A DNA stretch of 64,000 nt from Planctomycetota bacterium. Its GTDB lineage: Bacteria > Planctomycetota > UBA1135 > UBA2386. A program made the position numbers and the translations under genes. Positions 9,170-18,809 of the stretch are shown here, piece by piece. Location: assembly GCA_965662465.1 (NCBI GenBank), contig CBFIIO010000007.1:97-64096 (forward strand), written 5' to 3'. How positions within the stretch are numbered: the first letter of the stretch is position 1; each line of letters starts with the position of its first letter. The notes beneath the pieces were generated by a model that saw nothing but the letters and a program-made list of their open reading frames with translations, was not told the DNA's origin and ran no database searches.

Positions 9170-10000
9170 TTAGTCAGATCGCAATCGATCGGCGCCGCAG
9201 TAGACCTGATGACGCTCACCGCGCACAAAGCCAAGCAGGGTTGCTCCCGCTGCATGACATAAGTCGAACGCAAGCGCGCTGGGTGCAGATACGGAAGCCA
9301 TTACCGAGATTCGCACGCGCAGGCATTTGACGGCGAGGTCAAACCCCATTCGTCCGGATAGCACCGCGATCGTGGAGGAGAGGTCTACCCCTTTATTGGC
9401 TGCCTCGCCGATTGCCTTGTCCAGTGCGTTATGTCGACCGACATCTTCGGCTGAAGCTAAGACGTTACCGCTACTGTCTGCCAACATTGCTGCATGGCAA
9501 CCGCCGGTCAGCGAGAAGAGTTGCTGGCGATCGCTCAGTTGTGCAACCAGTTTGGTGAGGATCGACGGCTTTACTCGTGGCACACCGGGTAAGAGTCCGG
9601 GGGAGTCGTCGATTAGCGCCTGTGGATCTGCGATGCCGCAAGCACCGCAGGAACTGCGGATCTCATGGGTGCGCGCGAGGCGAGCTTTTGCTAGGCCCCG
9701 GGGTTCTTGTGAGAGTTTGATATAGGCACTGTCAGCAATGGACTTTGCCGGATTGCCATCTTTGCAGGTGATAGAGATGATGTCGGCGGCGCTCGCGATG
9801 ATGCCTTCGCCAAGCATGAAGCCTGCGGCTAATTCGGCATCGCGACCGGGAGTGCGCATTGTCATGAGTTGCTGCCCATGCACATCAATCAGCAGTGGCG
9901 CCTCGTCGATCAGTAGATCTTCACGGCCGTCGGCGAGTTGGCGATGTGAAGTCCCTACTGGATTAAGACCCTTGCGTGAGTTCGCTTGTGAATCTGTCAA
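9170..10000 (-). CDS. fdhD: Formate dehydrogenase accessory sulfurtransferase FdhD
   Basis: Motifs 'EAPLLIDVHGQQLMTMRTPGRDAELAAGFMLGEGII', the Cys loop 'SSCGACG', 'EDVGRHNALDKAIG' and 'SGRMGFDLAVKC'. Confidence 0.88.
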   Translation of the reverse strand: MTDSQANSRKGLNPVGTSHRQLADGREDLLIDEAPLLIDVHGQQLMTMRTPGRDAELAAGFMLGEGIIASAADIISITCKDGNPAKSIADSAYIKLSQEPRGLAKARLARTHEIRSSCGACGIADPQALIDDSPGLLPGVPRVKPSILTKLVAQLSDRQQLFSLTGGCHAAMLADSSGNVLASAEDVGRHNALDKAIGEAANKGVDLSSTIAVLSGRMGFDLAVKCLRVRISVMASVSAPSALAFDLCHAAGATLLGFVRGERHQVYCGADRLRSD

Positions 10001-10419
10001 TGGCTTGCCTGTCTAGCGGCGTAGTTAGATTCCATGCTTTTATACCCCATCACTAGCTGATCACGTTCTGCGAGCGGCTGGTTGGTTTGATCGTGGATTG
10101 GCAGTGAAGCAAGCATTGAGATGGGCCGATAGTACAGCCTACTACAAGCCGCCGGAGTCAGCATGACTCGAAGTGCGGCAATGGTTTAGGGGTTTCGATT
10201 CGTTTTGATTACGTAGCACCGGGCCTGGGGATCAATTGGCGACGTCGTTGCTAGCTCTGATCGTCGCGGGGTTGCTTATGCAGCACAAGCGGCGTGGCCA
10301 TTTGTGACCCAGTTCCGCCGGCTGCCGCGGGGATTTTTGTCATTCGTGGATGTGTTCAATACGCAATTCTGTAACGGCAACAGAGAACCTTGGGCGCTGG
10401 GAGAATAGCATCGCAGCCA

Positions 10420-11682
10420 ATGCTGCAGTTCGTCTCTCTATGTGGAATCGTCGTGATGCTGGCGATCTGCTTTGTCTTCTCTCGTAATCGCCGTGCTATC
10501 AAGTGGCGCCTGGTCGGTACGGGGCTCGTGATCCAGGCAACGCTGGGGTTGATCTTCCTCTATTGGGATGCCGGCAACGCCGCGCTGCGTAGCGTTGGGA
10601 CCGGTGTCGATAAGTTCCTGAGCTTGTCGGCGGAGGGTAGTTCGTTCGTCTTCGGTGCACTGACCGATGGCGGCACCGTGGACGCCGCGATGCCAGGTGA
10701 CAACAACGGCTTCCTGTTTGCCTTCATGGTGTTGCCGACGCTGATCTTCTTCAGCAGCTTTATGGCGGTGCTCTATCACCTGGGCATCATGCAGTGGGTC
10801 GTTCGCCGCATGGCGAGCGTGATGGTGCGCCTGCTCGGGACGTCGGGCAGCGAGTCATTGTCCGCCTGCGGCAACGTCTTCGTTGGCCAGACCGAGGCGC
10901 CGCTGTTGGTGAAGCCATTCCTTGAGAAGATGACCATGAGCGAACTGCACGCGGTCATGGTTGGCGGCTTTGCGACCATCGCTGGCGGTGTGTTTGCCTT
11001 ATACGTGGGCTTTGGCGTCGACCCCGGACACCTAATGGTTGGCTCTGTCATGGCAGTGCCTGCTGGTTTGATCTGCACGAAGATGCTGTGGCCGGAAACC
11101 GAGGAGAGTGAGACAATGGGCACCGTTGGCAAAATCGATAACACGTCGTATGGCAACGTTGTGGAAGCCGCCGCTGGTGGTGCTGGTGACGGCATGAAGT
11201 TGGCTCTGAACGTCGCCGCGATGCTCATTGCATTCTTAGGTTTGGTTGCGGTGCTCAATGCTGGGCTGGGATTGGTCAGTGATCAATGGTCCGTCGGCGG
11301 CGGGCTCGCAATCATCTTCTGGCCGATTGCTGCCGTCATGGGCGTGCCATGGGATGAGATTCCGATACTTGCGGAGTTGCTCGGCACGAAGATCGCCCTC
11401 ACAGAATTGGTTGCTTACCAGCAACTCGGTGAGCTGATGAATCCGCCTGGTGATCTACCTAGCCAGATCTCACCTCGCACTGCATTGATCGCGAGCTTCG
11501 CCCTTTGTGGCTTTGCCAACATTGGCAGTGTCGCGATCCAGGTTGGCGGGCTCGGTGCGATGGCTCCAAGCCGGCGTGCAGACCTCGCGAAGCTCGGCTT
11601 GCGGGCGATGTTTGCTGGTGCCCTCGCGACTTGCATGACGGCTTGCGTGGCTGGCGTACTTTCCTCGGCAGTGGCGCTATGA
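10420..11682 (+). CDS. nupC: NupC/CNT-family concentrative nucleoside transporter
   Basis: Polytopic membrane protein with 'GSESLSACGNVFVGQTEAPLLVKPFL', 'MTMSELHAVMVGGFATIAGGV' and 'CGFANIGS'. The ATG at 10420 is preferred over the TTG at 10390. Confidence 0.88.
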   Translation: MLQFVSLCGIVVMLAICFVFSRNRRAIKWRLVGTGLVIQATLGLIFLYWDAGNAALRSVGTGVDKFLSLSAEGSSFVFGALTDGGTVDAAMPGDNNGFLFAFMVLPTLIFFSSFMAVLYHLGIMQWVVRRMASVMVRLLGTSGSESLSACGNVFVGQTEAPLLVKPFLEKMTMSELHAVMVGGFATIAGGVFALYVGFGVDPGHLMVGSVMAVPAGLICTKMLWPETEESETMGTVGKIDNTSYGNVVEAAAGGAGDGMKLALNVAAMLIAFLGLVAVLNAGLGLVSDQWSVGGGLAIIFWPIAAVMGVPWDEIPILAELLGTKIALTELVAYQQLGELMNPPGDLPSQISPRTALIASFALCGFANIGSVAIQVGGLGAMAPSRRADLAKLGLRAMFAGALATCMTACVAGVLSSAVAL

Positions 11683-12509
11683 GTGTCTCTGACGAACTGC
11701 AGCGTGTCGAAAGCGCCGCGAAGTGGCTGCATCATAAGCTTGGCAAAGAATACGTCGCCTCGATTCGGCTTGGTCTCGTTCTCGGTAGTGGCCTTAAATC
11801 GTTCGCTGGTGCGTTGACGAATGCGGTCGAGATCCCCTTTGGCGACGTTCCTGAGTGGCCGAAACCGAAGGTCGAAGGCCATGGTGGTTCGATCGTCTTT
11901 GGCGAGGTCGGCCCTGTAAGGGTGGCCTGTTTAACCGGTCGCGTCCATCTCTACGAGGGCTGGACTCCTAGCGAGGTGGTCCGGTGCGTTCGAACGCTGC
12001 GTCGCATGGGCATTGCCAAGTTCTTACTGACCAATGCTGCTGGCGGTATCGGCGATGTTATGGCTGCTGGTGATCTGATGGTCCTCAGTGATCATCTTAA
12101 CATGACTGGCCAAACCCCGCTCTTGGGAGACCATGAGCCTGCTTTTGGGCCGCGCTTCCCAGATCAGTCAAAGATCTACTCGGAGTCCCTGCGAGGGGCG
12201 CTGCTAGCTTGCGCTCCAAGCCTCAAGACTGGCGTTTACGCGGGCCTACTCGGCCCATCCTACGAGACCCCTGCAGAAGTGCGCATGTTGCGGACCCTGG
12301 GCGCCGATGCCGTTGGCATGAGCACCGTGCACGAAGCGATGGCGTTGAACGCAATGGGGGGAGAGGTCTGCGGCATGTCCTTGATCACCAACCTTGCCGC
12401 TGGAATCTCTTCGCAGCCGTTGTCACATGATGAAGTCATTGAGACTGGGCGGGTGGCGGCCTCGATGATGACTGAGGTTGTGGGAGATTTTTGCCGGAGG
12501 CTCGCGTGA
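11679..12509 (+). CDS. punA: Purine nucleoside phosphorylase (trimeric PNP/MTAP family)
   Basis: Motifs 'LGLVLGSGL', 'GHGGSIVFGE', 'GRVHLYEGW', 'LTNAAGGI', 'GPRFPDQS', 'GPSYETPAE' and 'GADAVGMSTVHEA'. The ATG overlaps the nupC stop (ATGA). The 5' part of the longer listed ORF (11505) lies inside nupC. Confidence 0.9.
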   Translation: MSVSDELQRVESAAKWLHHKLGKEYVASIRLGLVLGSGLKSFAGALTNAVEIPFGDVPEWPKPKVEGHGGSIVFGEVGPVRVACLTGRVHLYEGWTPSEVVRCVRTLRRMGIAKFLLTNAAGGIGDVMAAGDLMVLSDHLNMTGQTPLLGDHEPAFGPRFPDQSKIYSESLRGALLACAPSLKTGVYAGLLGPSYETPAEVRMLRTLGADAVGMSTVHEAMALNAMGGEVCGMSLITNLAAGISSQPLSHDEVIETGRVAASMMTEVVGDFCRRLA

Positions 12510-13519
12510 GTGGCGATGTGACGATTCGGCCGTATCAGCACGGCGACGAGCAGAAGATTCTCGAGACGTTCAACTTGGTCTTCCGCGAAGTGTGCGGACC
12601 CGACTACGTCGACCGGACGATGCAGCAGTGGCGTTGGGCTTATCCTGACAACCCCGCCGGTTCGCGAATCTCATTAGCAGTAGCGGATGACGGTACGATT
12701 GCTTCGCAGTATGCCGGGATGCCAATGCTCTATGACACAGAGTGGGGAGAGCATCGCCTGATTCATTGTGTTGACTCGATGACACACCCAGGCTGGCGAC
12801 AGGGTTTGAAGGCCAAAAGCCTGTTTGTCGAAACTTGCATGCCGTTTTGGGATCACTGCAAGGAGATCGGCGATGCCTTGTTTTACGGTTTCCCTGTCGA
12901 TGCGGCCTATCGCATTGGTAAGCGCTATCTCAAATACGAGATGATGCGTGTGATCGACTACTTGATTCGTGATCAATCGCTACCACTGCTACCGACAGTC
13001 GCGGGTGTAGAGGTTGAGATGGCAGAGGTTGTGCCTGCTGACCTTGGCGAATTGTATGCGGAAGTCCGAAGTGATAAGCGGTTCTTGATGCGTCGCGATG
13101 CGGCTTACATTGGTTGGCGATACTACGACAATCCTGCCAGCGCGGACTACGAAGTATGGACTGCGCGTCGATCTGGACAGTTGTGCGGTTTGATGGTGCT
13201 CAAGCCCGGCTCAGGTCTTGCTCCTGAATCTGCAACCATCGCCGACTGGGCAGTGCCCGAGGGGGATGTTGGTGCTAGCGATGCGTTGTTAGCCAAGGCA
13301 GTGCAGCGTCAGCATGACGAAGGCAAACTACGCTTGCTGACGGTCTTCCCACCTTGGTCAAAGGAATACCAGCACCTGCTGACTCGAGGGTTTGTGGATA
13401 CGCCTTCGGCCAATTGGATGCAGCGTCGCCTGATCCACAACATCTGCATCCCGGAGGTTACCGCGGAGTTCTTAGCTGAGAACTGGTGGTACACCCTTGG
13501 AGACAGTGACCTAGCCTAA
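12491..13519 (+). CDS. GNAT-family N-acetyltransferase-like protein (two-domain, ~340 aa)
   Basis: The N-terminus 'VTIRPYQHGDEQKILETFNLVF' and the size are typical of extended GNAT proteins. An alternative GTG start at 12506 overlaps the PNP stop (GTGA). The assignment is weak. Confidence 0.5.
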   Translation: MPEARVSGDVTIRPYQHGDEQKILETFNLVFREVCGPDYVDRTMQQWRWAYPDNPAGSRISLAVADDGTIASQYAGMPMLYDTEWGEHRLIHCVDSMTHPGWRQGLKAKSLFVETCMPFWDHCKEIGDALFYGFPVDAAYRIGKRYLKYEMMRVIDYLIRDQSLPLLPTVAGVEVEMAEVVPADLGELYAEVRSDKRFLMRRDAAYIGWRYYDNPASADYEVWTARRSGQLCGLMVLKPGSGLAPESATIADWAVPEGDVGASDALLAKAVQRQHDEGKLRLLTVFPPWSKEYQHLLTRGFVDTPSANWMQRRLIHNICIPEVTAEFLAENWWYTLGDSDLA

Positions 13520-13594
13520 TTCTGGTCCCGCCTGCAGCTAGTGTAGATCGGGCAAAGGTTATCGATCTGATGCCCAACTGGTCGCACCGGGTCA

Positions 13595-15133
13595 TCACTC
13601 AGCTTGCTCTTTTTGGCGAGCTTTGTGCTCACGCAGCATTTCTTTTGCTTCGTCGTAGAACAAGTCGCGAGGGTCAATGCCTAGTGCGAGCAGTTGCTTG
13701 GCTTGTTTTGGGGTGCAGAGGCCAACTGCCTTGCGTTCGAGCAGTGATTCTCGGAGTTGTTCGGCTTGCTGACTGGACAGTTGGTCAACGCGATCCGATG
13801 GCAGGCCTGCTTTCTTGAAATACTGCAATTGGGAACTGGTTGCGCGCGCACCGCCGCGTGATCGACGGATGTAGAAGTCCAGGTCGATGCCAACCGCCTG
13901 GAACGGGTCACGCTTCTTTAATTGGTACTCCACCGTAGCTTCCTGAGCCTCTTGCTCTTGCTGGGCGAGTTCTAGGGCTCGCTCAAGAGCAATGGCCTGG
14001 CCTTCGCTGCTGACTTCCTGGGCGATGCGGCGCGCGCGTTCTTGTACTTCTGGATTAGCCGATGCAAAAATATCGACTGCCTGCGCTAGCGAATGACGAC
14101 AGTTGCCTGGCACAAAGTCGAGCACTAGCAGATCTTGCTTGCCGTTAGAGATACGCGTGCCGCGGCCAACCATCTGCGCGTAGAAGGAGCGAGACAGCAC
14201 CGGACGGGCGATGGCAACCAGCGCGATTTGAGGAACATCAAAGCCTTCGGTGAATAGGGAACAGTTCACCAGCACTTTGATTTCACCCCGGCGGAACCTG
14301 GCCAGCACTGGGGCGCGAACTTCGAAGGAACTGCTGCCGTCGAGTGCCGCGGCAAATTCTGGGTCATCAGCCTGCTCGTTCATTACGCGGCATAAGGCGT
14401 GGGCGTGAGCCACCGATGCCGCAAAGACGATTGCAGGTCGATCACCGCGTTCGCGCAGGATTGGCAGCACGATCTCTGCTAGGTGCAGTTCTTGGGTTAA
14501 AATGTCTTCGACATCACGGATTGCTAGCTCTCCCGCGACTTTACGAATGTTGGAAAAGTCAGCTTGCGTCTGCACCAGGAAAGATCGAATCGGGCACAAC
14601 CACCCATCTCGGATGGCGCGGCGCATGTCGTATTCGAATGCGACCGTGGAGAAAATCTCGCCTAGTGGAACGCGATCGCTGCGATCGGGGGTGGCAGTGA
14701 CGCCGAGTAAGTAGGCATCGAAGTGCTCAAGCACCGCGCGATAGGAATCAGATGTCGCATGATGGGCTTCGTCGACCACGATGATCTTGAATGCATCGTG
14801 GGGCACTTGCTTCAGTCGCTTAGAAAGCGACTGGATGCTGGCCACAGCGATCTTTGGTCGGGTGCCATCTGGCTTGGTGAAGCCGCGCTGGTGGGCCATC
14901 TCGACTGCAACCACGTCGTTGCACCATGCTGCGATCTTTTCGCGGGCTTGCTCGACCAGTTCTTGTCGGTGAGCAAGGACGAGCACTGGGCCCTTTGCAA
15001 GCCGTGATATTTCTGCGAACAGCACAGTTTTGCCGGTGCCGGTCGGCATCACTACGAGCGCCGCTTTATGCTTCTCGCGATAGGCATTGCGAACGGCTTC
15101 GAGGGCCGCCTCTTGGTAGGGGCGCAGCTTCAT
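13595..15133 (-). CDS. Superfamily-2 DEAH helicase (ResIII/XPB-Ssl2-like core) with C-terminal extension
   Basis: Motif I 'MPTGTGKT', motif II 'VVDEAHH', motif III 'GVTATP' and motif VI 'QMVGRGTR'. A ~130-aa C-terminal tail follows, with helix-rich 'QLQYFKKAGLP...PKQAKQLLALGIDP'. Confidence 0.85.
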   Translation of the reverse strand: MKLRPYQEAALEAVRNAYREKHKAALVVMPTGTGKTVLFAEISRLAKGPVLVLAHRQELVEQAREKIAAWCNDVVAVEMAHQRGFTKPDGTRPKIAVASIQSLSKRLKQVPHDAFKIIVVDEAHHATSDSYRAVLEHFDAYLLGVTATPDRSDRVPLGEIFSTVAFEYDMRRAIRDGWLCPIRSFLVQTQADFSNIRKVAGELAIRDVEDILTQELHLAEIVLPILRERGDRPAIVFAASVAHAHALCRVMNEQADDPEFAAALDGSSSFEVRAPVLARFRRGEIKVLVNCSLFTEGFDVPQIALVAIARPVLSRSFYAQMVGRGTRISNGKQDLLVLDFVPGNCRHSLAQAVDIFASANPEVQERARRIAQEVSSEGQAIALERALELAQQEQEAQEATVEYQLKKRDPFQAVGIDLDFYIRRSRGGARATSSQLQYFKKAGLPSDRVDQLSSQQAEQLRESLLERKAVGLCTPKQAKQLLALGIDPRDLFYDEAKEMLREHKARQKEQAE

Positions 15134-15331
15134 CGAGTAGGCAGGCTAGCGCGAGACGACGCTGAAGGCTCGCTTTGCTAACAAATCGCACCACTAGATT
15201 TTTTGTCGCCTAGGATTCTCGAAGAAGCCATCTAGTGGCGAAATCTAGGGCTTTTCGGGCATCTTTGCTCTGCCTGATCGCCATATTTGGCAAGACCACT
15301 TTGCGGTTTGCTGCCGTAGGGCTTTCTTCTG

Positions 15332-16297
15332 GTGCGGGGCTCGGATAACTCCAATGCAGTCATGTTGTCCTCTGCGATTGTGCTCGGCCCGCAGCGCCGC
15401 CACCCTATTGTCCGTACAGCGATCGATGATTTGGTCAGCGATCGCAGTTTGCCGGTTGCCGTCGTGACGGCTGGTTGGGAAGAGCGCGAAGATGAGGACG
15501 AGGAATTGCGTCAGCACGTGGGCCGACCCGTGACGAATTTGCAGGTCTGGTCTCGTGTTGAAAGCATCTTCAAGAAGGATCCAGAGCTCCGAGAAGCTGT
15601 GCGTGAACGTCACGATACTTGGCGAAGGGTTCAGGAACTCTACCGTTTGCGGCTGAACGGATTAATGGACAGCACGCGCGAGTTATTACGTCGAGGCCAC
15701 GCTGATCCATTGGTCGCTGTCGAAGAGTTGGACTCATGGGAACTGGTATGCGGGCTCGACGCGCAACACATGGCGCGCGTCTCGACAATTCACGCTGAAT
15801 TCATCGAGCGGGTGAAGCCAGCGGAACGAGATACCGTGCAGGACCAGTGTCGGCAGATCGAGAAACAGCTAGGTGATGCTTCGTGCTTGCTTGTGGCCGG
15901 CGGCCATGTCGGGGTTCTGCTGCACCGACTGCAGCTATTCGATGTGCCTGGGCTGTGGGGCGATCGTCCCACCATTGCATGGTCTGCTGGCGCGATGGCG
16001 CTGAGTGAGCGCGTGGTGTTGTTCCATGATGATCCTCCGCAGGGCAGTTCGTTCGCCGAGGTGATGGAGGCTGGCTTTGGCTTGCTGCCTGAGTTTGTGG
16101 CCTTGCCGCATGCCCGTCATCGTCTACGCACGGATGACAGTGTTCGAATCCGCATGTTGTCTCGCCGCTTCTACCCTGCAATGTGCGGGCTCCTTGATTA
16201 CGGGTCTCGATTCGATTGGCTGGATGGCAAGTGGTCTGCCCATGCCGGTGCTCGTCACCTGCATGCTGATGGCCTAGTGAAGGAGGCCTCACGATGA
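15332..16297 (+). CDS. Peptidase S51 (cyanophycinase/peptidase E fold)-like protein with ~130-aa helical insertion
   Basis: Strand 'PVAVVTAGWE', then a charged helical insert. The core motifs follow: 'CLLVAGGHVGVLLHRL' (GGN-type motif), nucleophile-elbow 'TIAWSAGAMALSE' (Ser218), and His260 in 'ALPHARH' about 42 residues later. The start is uncertain (GTG 15332 or ATG 15362). Confidence 0.6.
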   Translation: MRGSDNSNAVMLSSAIVLGPQRRHPIVRTAIDDLVSDRSLPVAVVTAGWEEREDEDEELRQHVGRPVTNLQVWSRVESIFKKDPELREAVRERHDTWRRVQELYRLRLNGLMDSTRELLRRGHADPLVAVEELDSWELVCGLDAQHMARVSTIHAEFIERVKPAERDTVQDQCRQIEKQLGDASCLLVAGGHVGVLLHRLQLFDVPGLWGDRPTIAWSAGAMALSERVVLFHDDPPQGSSFAEVMEAGFGLLPEFVALPHARHRLRTDDSVRIRMLSRRFYPAMCGLLDYGSRFDWLDGKWSAHAGARHLHADGLVKEASR

Positions 16298-17442
16298 GCA
16301 TGATGGAGCGAATCGAAGCGGCAATACGTGCGGGCGATGCGATTCATGGCCAGAGTGCAATTGACGACTTGATCCAGGATGTCGAGTTTCCCCATGTAGA
16401 GGGGCGCAACGTGACCTTCTTGTATCGAGGTGAGGCTGAAGAGGTGATGTTGCACCACTGGATTCACGGCTTGCCCGGGGAACTCCAGTTCCAGCGCCTG
16501 CAGCCCAGTAATTTGTGGGTGCTGCAGATCGACTTGCCGCGCCGTTCGCGGATGGAATACAAGATTGGTGTGATGATGCGTGGTCGCGGCCAGTTGGTTC
16601 GTGATCCGCTCAATTCCCATCTGGCACGTGACCCATTTGGCGCCAATTCGGTGGTCTACGGCGAAGGCTATGAGCCGCCGGAGTGGACCGTCGAAGATCC
16701 GGAAGCTCGCAAAGGCACGATCGAAAATCGTCACCTCGACAGTTCCGTATTTGGTGATTGGCGCCCTATTCAGATCTATCGACCGGCGCGCTTTCGCGAA
16801 ACGCGGCGATACCCGTTGCTGGTGGTGCACGATGGCCTCGACTATCTCAAGTTTGCGAACCTGCAGGAGATTCTAGACAACCTAATCCATCGCCTAGAGA
16901 TCCCACCGATGATTGCTGTGTTGACGCAGTCGCCAGATCGGATGACGGAGTATGCGGCGGATGTGCGCCATGCAGATTTTATCGTCAAAGACCTTGTGCC
17001 GCAGATGGAAGAGTTATTGCCGCTGGTCCGTGAACCATCGGCGCGCGCTCTGATGGGGGCGTCTTTTGGCGCCGTTGCGTCGCTTTCGACTGCGTGGCGC
17101 TATCCAGGCTTCTTCGCGAAACTGTTATTGCAGTCGGGTTCGTTTGTATTCACCGAGATTGGTGATCACGACCGGCCGCCGATATTTGATCCGGTTGTGA
17201 AGTTCGTCAATGACTTCCGTAAGAAGCCAGATCGTCCCGCTGAGTCGGTTTTCGTTAGCTGCGGTGTCTATGAGTCCCTGATCTACTACAATCGGGGACT
17301 GGTGCCTCTTCTGCAGGAAACTGGGATGCAGATTCGTTTTAGAGAGGCTAATGATGGCCACAACTGGGAGAACTGGAGAGATCGGCTGCGCGAAGGTCTT
17401 TCCTGGCTGTTCCCTGGTCCCTTATGGCACGTCTACGAGTAG
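16294..17442 (+). CDS. Esterase (esterase D/Fes-type alpha/beta hydrolase) with N-terminal E-set/Ig-like domain
   Basis: N-terminal beta-sandwich-like 'VTFLYRGEAEEVMLHH...LQFQRL...LWVLQIDLPRRSRMEYKI'. Hydrolase part 'YPLLVVHDGLDYL' with GxSxG 'MGASFGAVAS', then 'DGHNWENW'. AGGAGG at 16281-16286. The ATG overlaps the upstream stop (ATGA). Confidence 0.75.
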   Translation: MSMMERIEAAIRAGDAIHGQSAIDDLIQDVEFPHVEGRNVTFLYRGEAEEVMLHHWIHGLPGELQFQRLQPSNLWVLQIDLPRRSRMEYKIGVMMRGRGQLVRDPLNSHLARDPFGANSVVYGEGYEPPEWTVEDPEARKGTIENRHLDSSVFGDWRPIQIYRPARFRETRRYPLLVVHDGLDYLKFANLQEILDNLIHRLEIPPMIAVLTQSPDRMTEYAADVRHADFIVKDLVPQMEELLPLVREPSARALMGASFGAVASLSTAWRYPGFFAKLLLQSGSFVFTEIGDHDRPPIFDPVVKFVNDFRKKPDRPAESVFVSCGVYESLIYYNRGLVPLLQETGMQIRFREANDGHNWENWRDRLREGLSWLFPGPLWHVYE

Positions 17443-17507
17443 TGTTTCGTAGCGAAAGTCTGTTGGCCTGTCGATTGTCCCAAATGTCGTCCTGCTGATT
17501 GCAAAGA

Positions 17508-18752
17508 ATGCCTTCTGTTACCCGTAATATTGGTCTCTCTCTCGGTGCCGACATTTGTTGGCCGATCGCCTTCGAAGAAATCCTTGCCGACAGCAAGCTC
17601 AGCTTGAAGGTTGGTAAGGACGTCGTCGACTTCGCCTGCGAACGTGTTGGCCTCAAGCCGTTTGCGCTGGACAAGGGCTGCAAATACGACTTGGTAGTCG
17701 ATCGCTTAACGCACTGGTTCACGCTGCAGCGTGAGTGGATCAAGAAGGGCGTCTTGATGGACGACCTTTACGTCTACAACAATCCGTGGTCGATCCAGAG
17801 TTACGAGAAGCATTCGAGCTACTGCGCGATGACGGCTCTGGGCATGCCTATCCCCAAGACAGTCATGTTGCCGCAGAAGAACTACGGCGAGTCGAGTGAT
17901 CTCGACTACACGCTGGAGAAGTATGCCAGCATGTTTGACCTCACTGAAATCGGCGATGGCCTTGGCTACCCGTCATTCCTCAAGCCATTTGACGGTGGTG
18001 GTTGGCGAGGTGTTTCGAAGGTCGACAACGCGGCGGAACTTGCCACCGCTTACGATGAGAGCGGCAAAGATCTGATGCACTTGCAGGCAGCAGTTCATGA
18101 CTTTGACGTGTTCGTGCGCGCGGTGGGTATTGGCCCACAGGTTCGTGTCATGAAATACGATCCGAGCCAACCTCTGCATGGCCGTTATCGCGTCGACCGC
18201 GATTTCGTTTCGAAGGCTGATGAGCAGCTCATCATAGATACCACGTTGACCATCAACGCGTTCTTTGGCTGGGACTTCAACAGCTGTGAGATGTTGAGCA
18301 AGGACGGTGTTTACTATCCGATCGACTTCGCGAACCCCTGTCCCGATAGCCAAGTCAACTCGATCCATTACCACTGGCCGTGGTATGTGTTGAGCAATTT
18401 GAAGTGGGCGGTATTCAACGCGGCGACCAATCGAAAGATGCGCAAGACGGTCGACTTCGAGCCCTTCTACAGCATTGCTAAGAAAGATCTCAGTTACGCA
18501 GACAAGCTCAAGGGATACGCCAAGATTGCTCGGGAGCGCTTGGCAACGAGTGAGTTTGATGCCTTCAGCAAGGCTCATTTATCGCCGTTGGAAGATGCTG
18601 CTTTTGCTTGGTTTAGGAGTGACCGCTGTCTGGATGCGATCCGTCAGAAGGTCAGCCATGTATTTCCAGCCCATGAGGTTGACGAGTTCACCGGCAAGTT
18701 CCACGCCTTGGTGATGCAGTCTGTCGACGAGCTAGCTAGCGCAAGCGCGTAA
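17508..18752 (+). CDS. Divergent ATP-grasp superfamily ligase, substrate unknown
   Basis: ATP-grasp hallmarks 'YPSFLKPFDGGGWRGVSKV' (phosphate-binding Lys/Gly-rich loop), 'MHLQAAV.DFDVFVRAVGIG' and a C-terminal metal-ligand region 'FNSCEMLSKDGVYYPIDFANPCPD'. I do not recognise it as RimK, GshB, Ddl or CphA. A TTG at 17499 is an alternative start. Confidence 0.7.
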   Translation: MPSVTRNIGLSLGADICWPIAFEEILADSKLSLKVGKDVVDFACERVGLKPFALDKGCKYDLVVDRLTHWFTLQREWIKKGVLMDDLYVYNNPWSIQSYEKHSSYCAMTALGMPIPKTVMLPQKNYGESSDLDYTLEKYASMFDLTEIGDGLGYPSFLKPFDGGGWRGVSKVDNAAELATAYDESGKDLMHLQAAVHDFDVFVRAVGIGPQVRVMKYDPSQPLHGRYRVDRDFVSKADEQLIIDTTLTINAFFGWDFNSCEMLSKDGVYYPIDFANPCPDSQVNSIHYHWPWYVLSNLKWAVFNAATNRKMRKTVDFEPFYSIAKKDLSYADKLKGYAKIARERLATSEFDAFSKAHLSPLEDAAFAWFRSDRCLDAIRQKVSHVFPAHEVDEFTGKFHALVMQSVDELASASA

Positions 18753-18809
18753 GCTGAGCTGATACCTAGCTTCGTCCTCTCCCCAAACCCGTTTGAAGGC
18801 AGTCGAGTT

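Noticed and set aside
11505-11678. 5' extension of the PNP ORF (listed as starting at 11505).
   Set aside because: The extension lies wholly inside nupC in another frame and translates to Cys/Arg/Trp-rich sequence. The PNP homology starts at the ATG at 11679, which forms an ATGA overlap with the nupC stop. Similar trimming was applied at 23158->23233, 30458->30539, 37673->37814, 40944->41049, 49062->49209, 57217->57388 and 60353->60434.
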